This document shows positions 63,401-64,000 of a DNA stretch of 64,000 nucleotides, piece by piece. The position numbers were made by a program, and so were the translations under genes. Under the pieces are notes generated by a model that saw only the letters and a list, made by a program, of their open reading frames with translations, did not search any database and had not been told where the DNA came from. How positions within the stretch are numbered: position 1 is the stretch's first letter; every line of letters begins with the position of its first letter. Source of the DNA: Squalus acanthias (Eukaryota). The stretch spans positions 148,120,001 through 148,184,000 of the forward strand of contig CM059431.1 of NCBI GenBank assembly GCA_030390025.1, written 5' to 3'.

Positions 63401-64000
63401 TTTTTCTGTTACACTCTTATTCTTAATCATTCAGTCCCTTCCTGTCATATTCTGGTTATTATTTCACCCGTCTCCAGCCTGCTCTATTGCTTTCTCATTT
63501 CTCATTGACATTTAATTTTCCTGCTCAAATGTATCCTCCCCAGTCCGGCCCCCACTATGTATTTTAAAGTCCTCTCTACAGCCTTAGTTTTTCGATTTGC
63601 CAGGACACTAGCCCCAGCATAATGCCAGTGAAGCCCGTCCAAACGGAATAGCTCCCTCTTATCCCAGTACTGGTGCCAGCGCCCCACAAATCGAAACCCA
63701 TTTCTCCCACACCAGTCTTTGAGCCACTCGTTCATTTATCTGATCTTATTTACCCGATGCAAATTCGCTCGAGGCTCAGGTAGTAATCCAGAGATTATTA
63801 CCTTTGTGGTTCTTCTTTTTAATTTAACCCCTCGCTGCTCATACTATCTCAGCAGAACCTCTTTCTTTGTCCTACCTATGTCATTGGTACCTCCGTGGAC
63901 CATGACAACTGGATCTTCCCCCTCCCACTCCAAGTTTCTCTCCAGCCCAGAGGAGATGTCATAACCTTGCTTATGATGTTTTATGAATGGTCATAATGAT
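57440..64000 (+). other. Segmental duplicate of 2630-9140 (unique spacer, SINE, two family B LINE fragments, CR1, AT-rich repeat)
   Basis: Co-linear order with shared TE junctions and shared unique sequence. Confidence 0.92.
60481..63965 (-). mobile_element. Degenerate CR1 LINE (duplicate of 5716-9100)
   Basis: Same EN, RT and esterase motifs (LYLNARSIRNK, MGDFNL, FADD) and the same breakpoints. Confidence 0.92.

Overview
Repeat-rich eukaryotic (vertebrate) DNA. The repeat content (esterase-type CR1 LINEs, RTE, L2, Penelope, DeuSINE-like SINEs) suggests a cartilaginous fish such as a shark; this is inference. The only host genes are two minus-strand, two-exon paralogues of a rhodopsin-class GPCR of the GPR139/GPR142-like type. 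Copy 1 (exon 1 12960-13071, exon 2 9863-10762) has a +1 frameshift and a premature stop. Copy 2 (exon 1 42795-43059, exon 2 29804-30702) is intact, about 387 aa, with a TE-expanded 12 kb intron. A segmental duplicate (57.4-64 kb matches 2.6-9.1 kb) predicts a third copy just beyond the window. The two paralogues share four unusual features: ~100-bp tandem copies of the exon-1/donor junction, hypervariable extracellular loops on a near-identical intracellular scaffold, a short conserved TAATTA promoter, and a downstream GC-rich array of YY1-type motifs. Also present are Penelope elements with minimal hammerhead ribozymes, nested Harbinger-like MITEs, a solo LTR, an inverted pair of multi-kb G-rich satellites flanking copy 2, and several minisatellites. 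All comparisons were made by eye, and TE boundaries are approximate.
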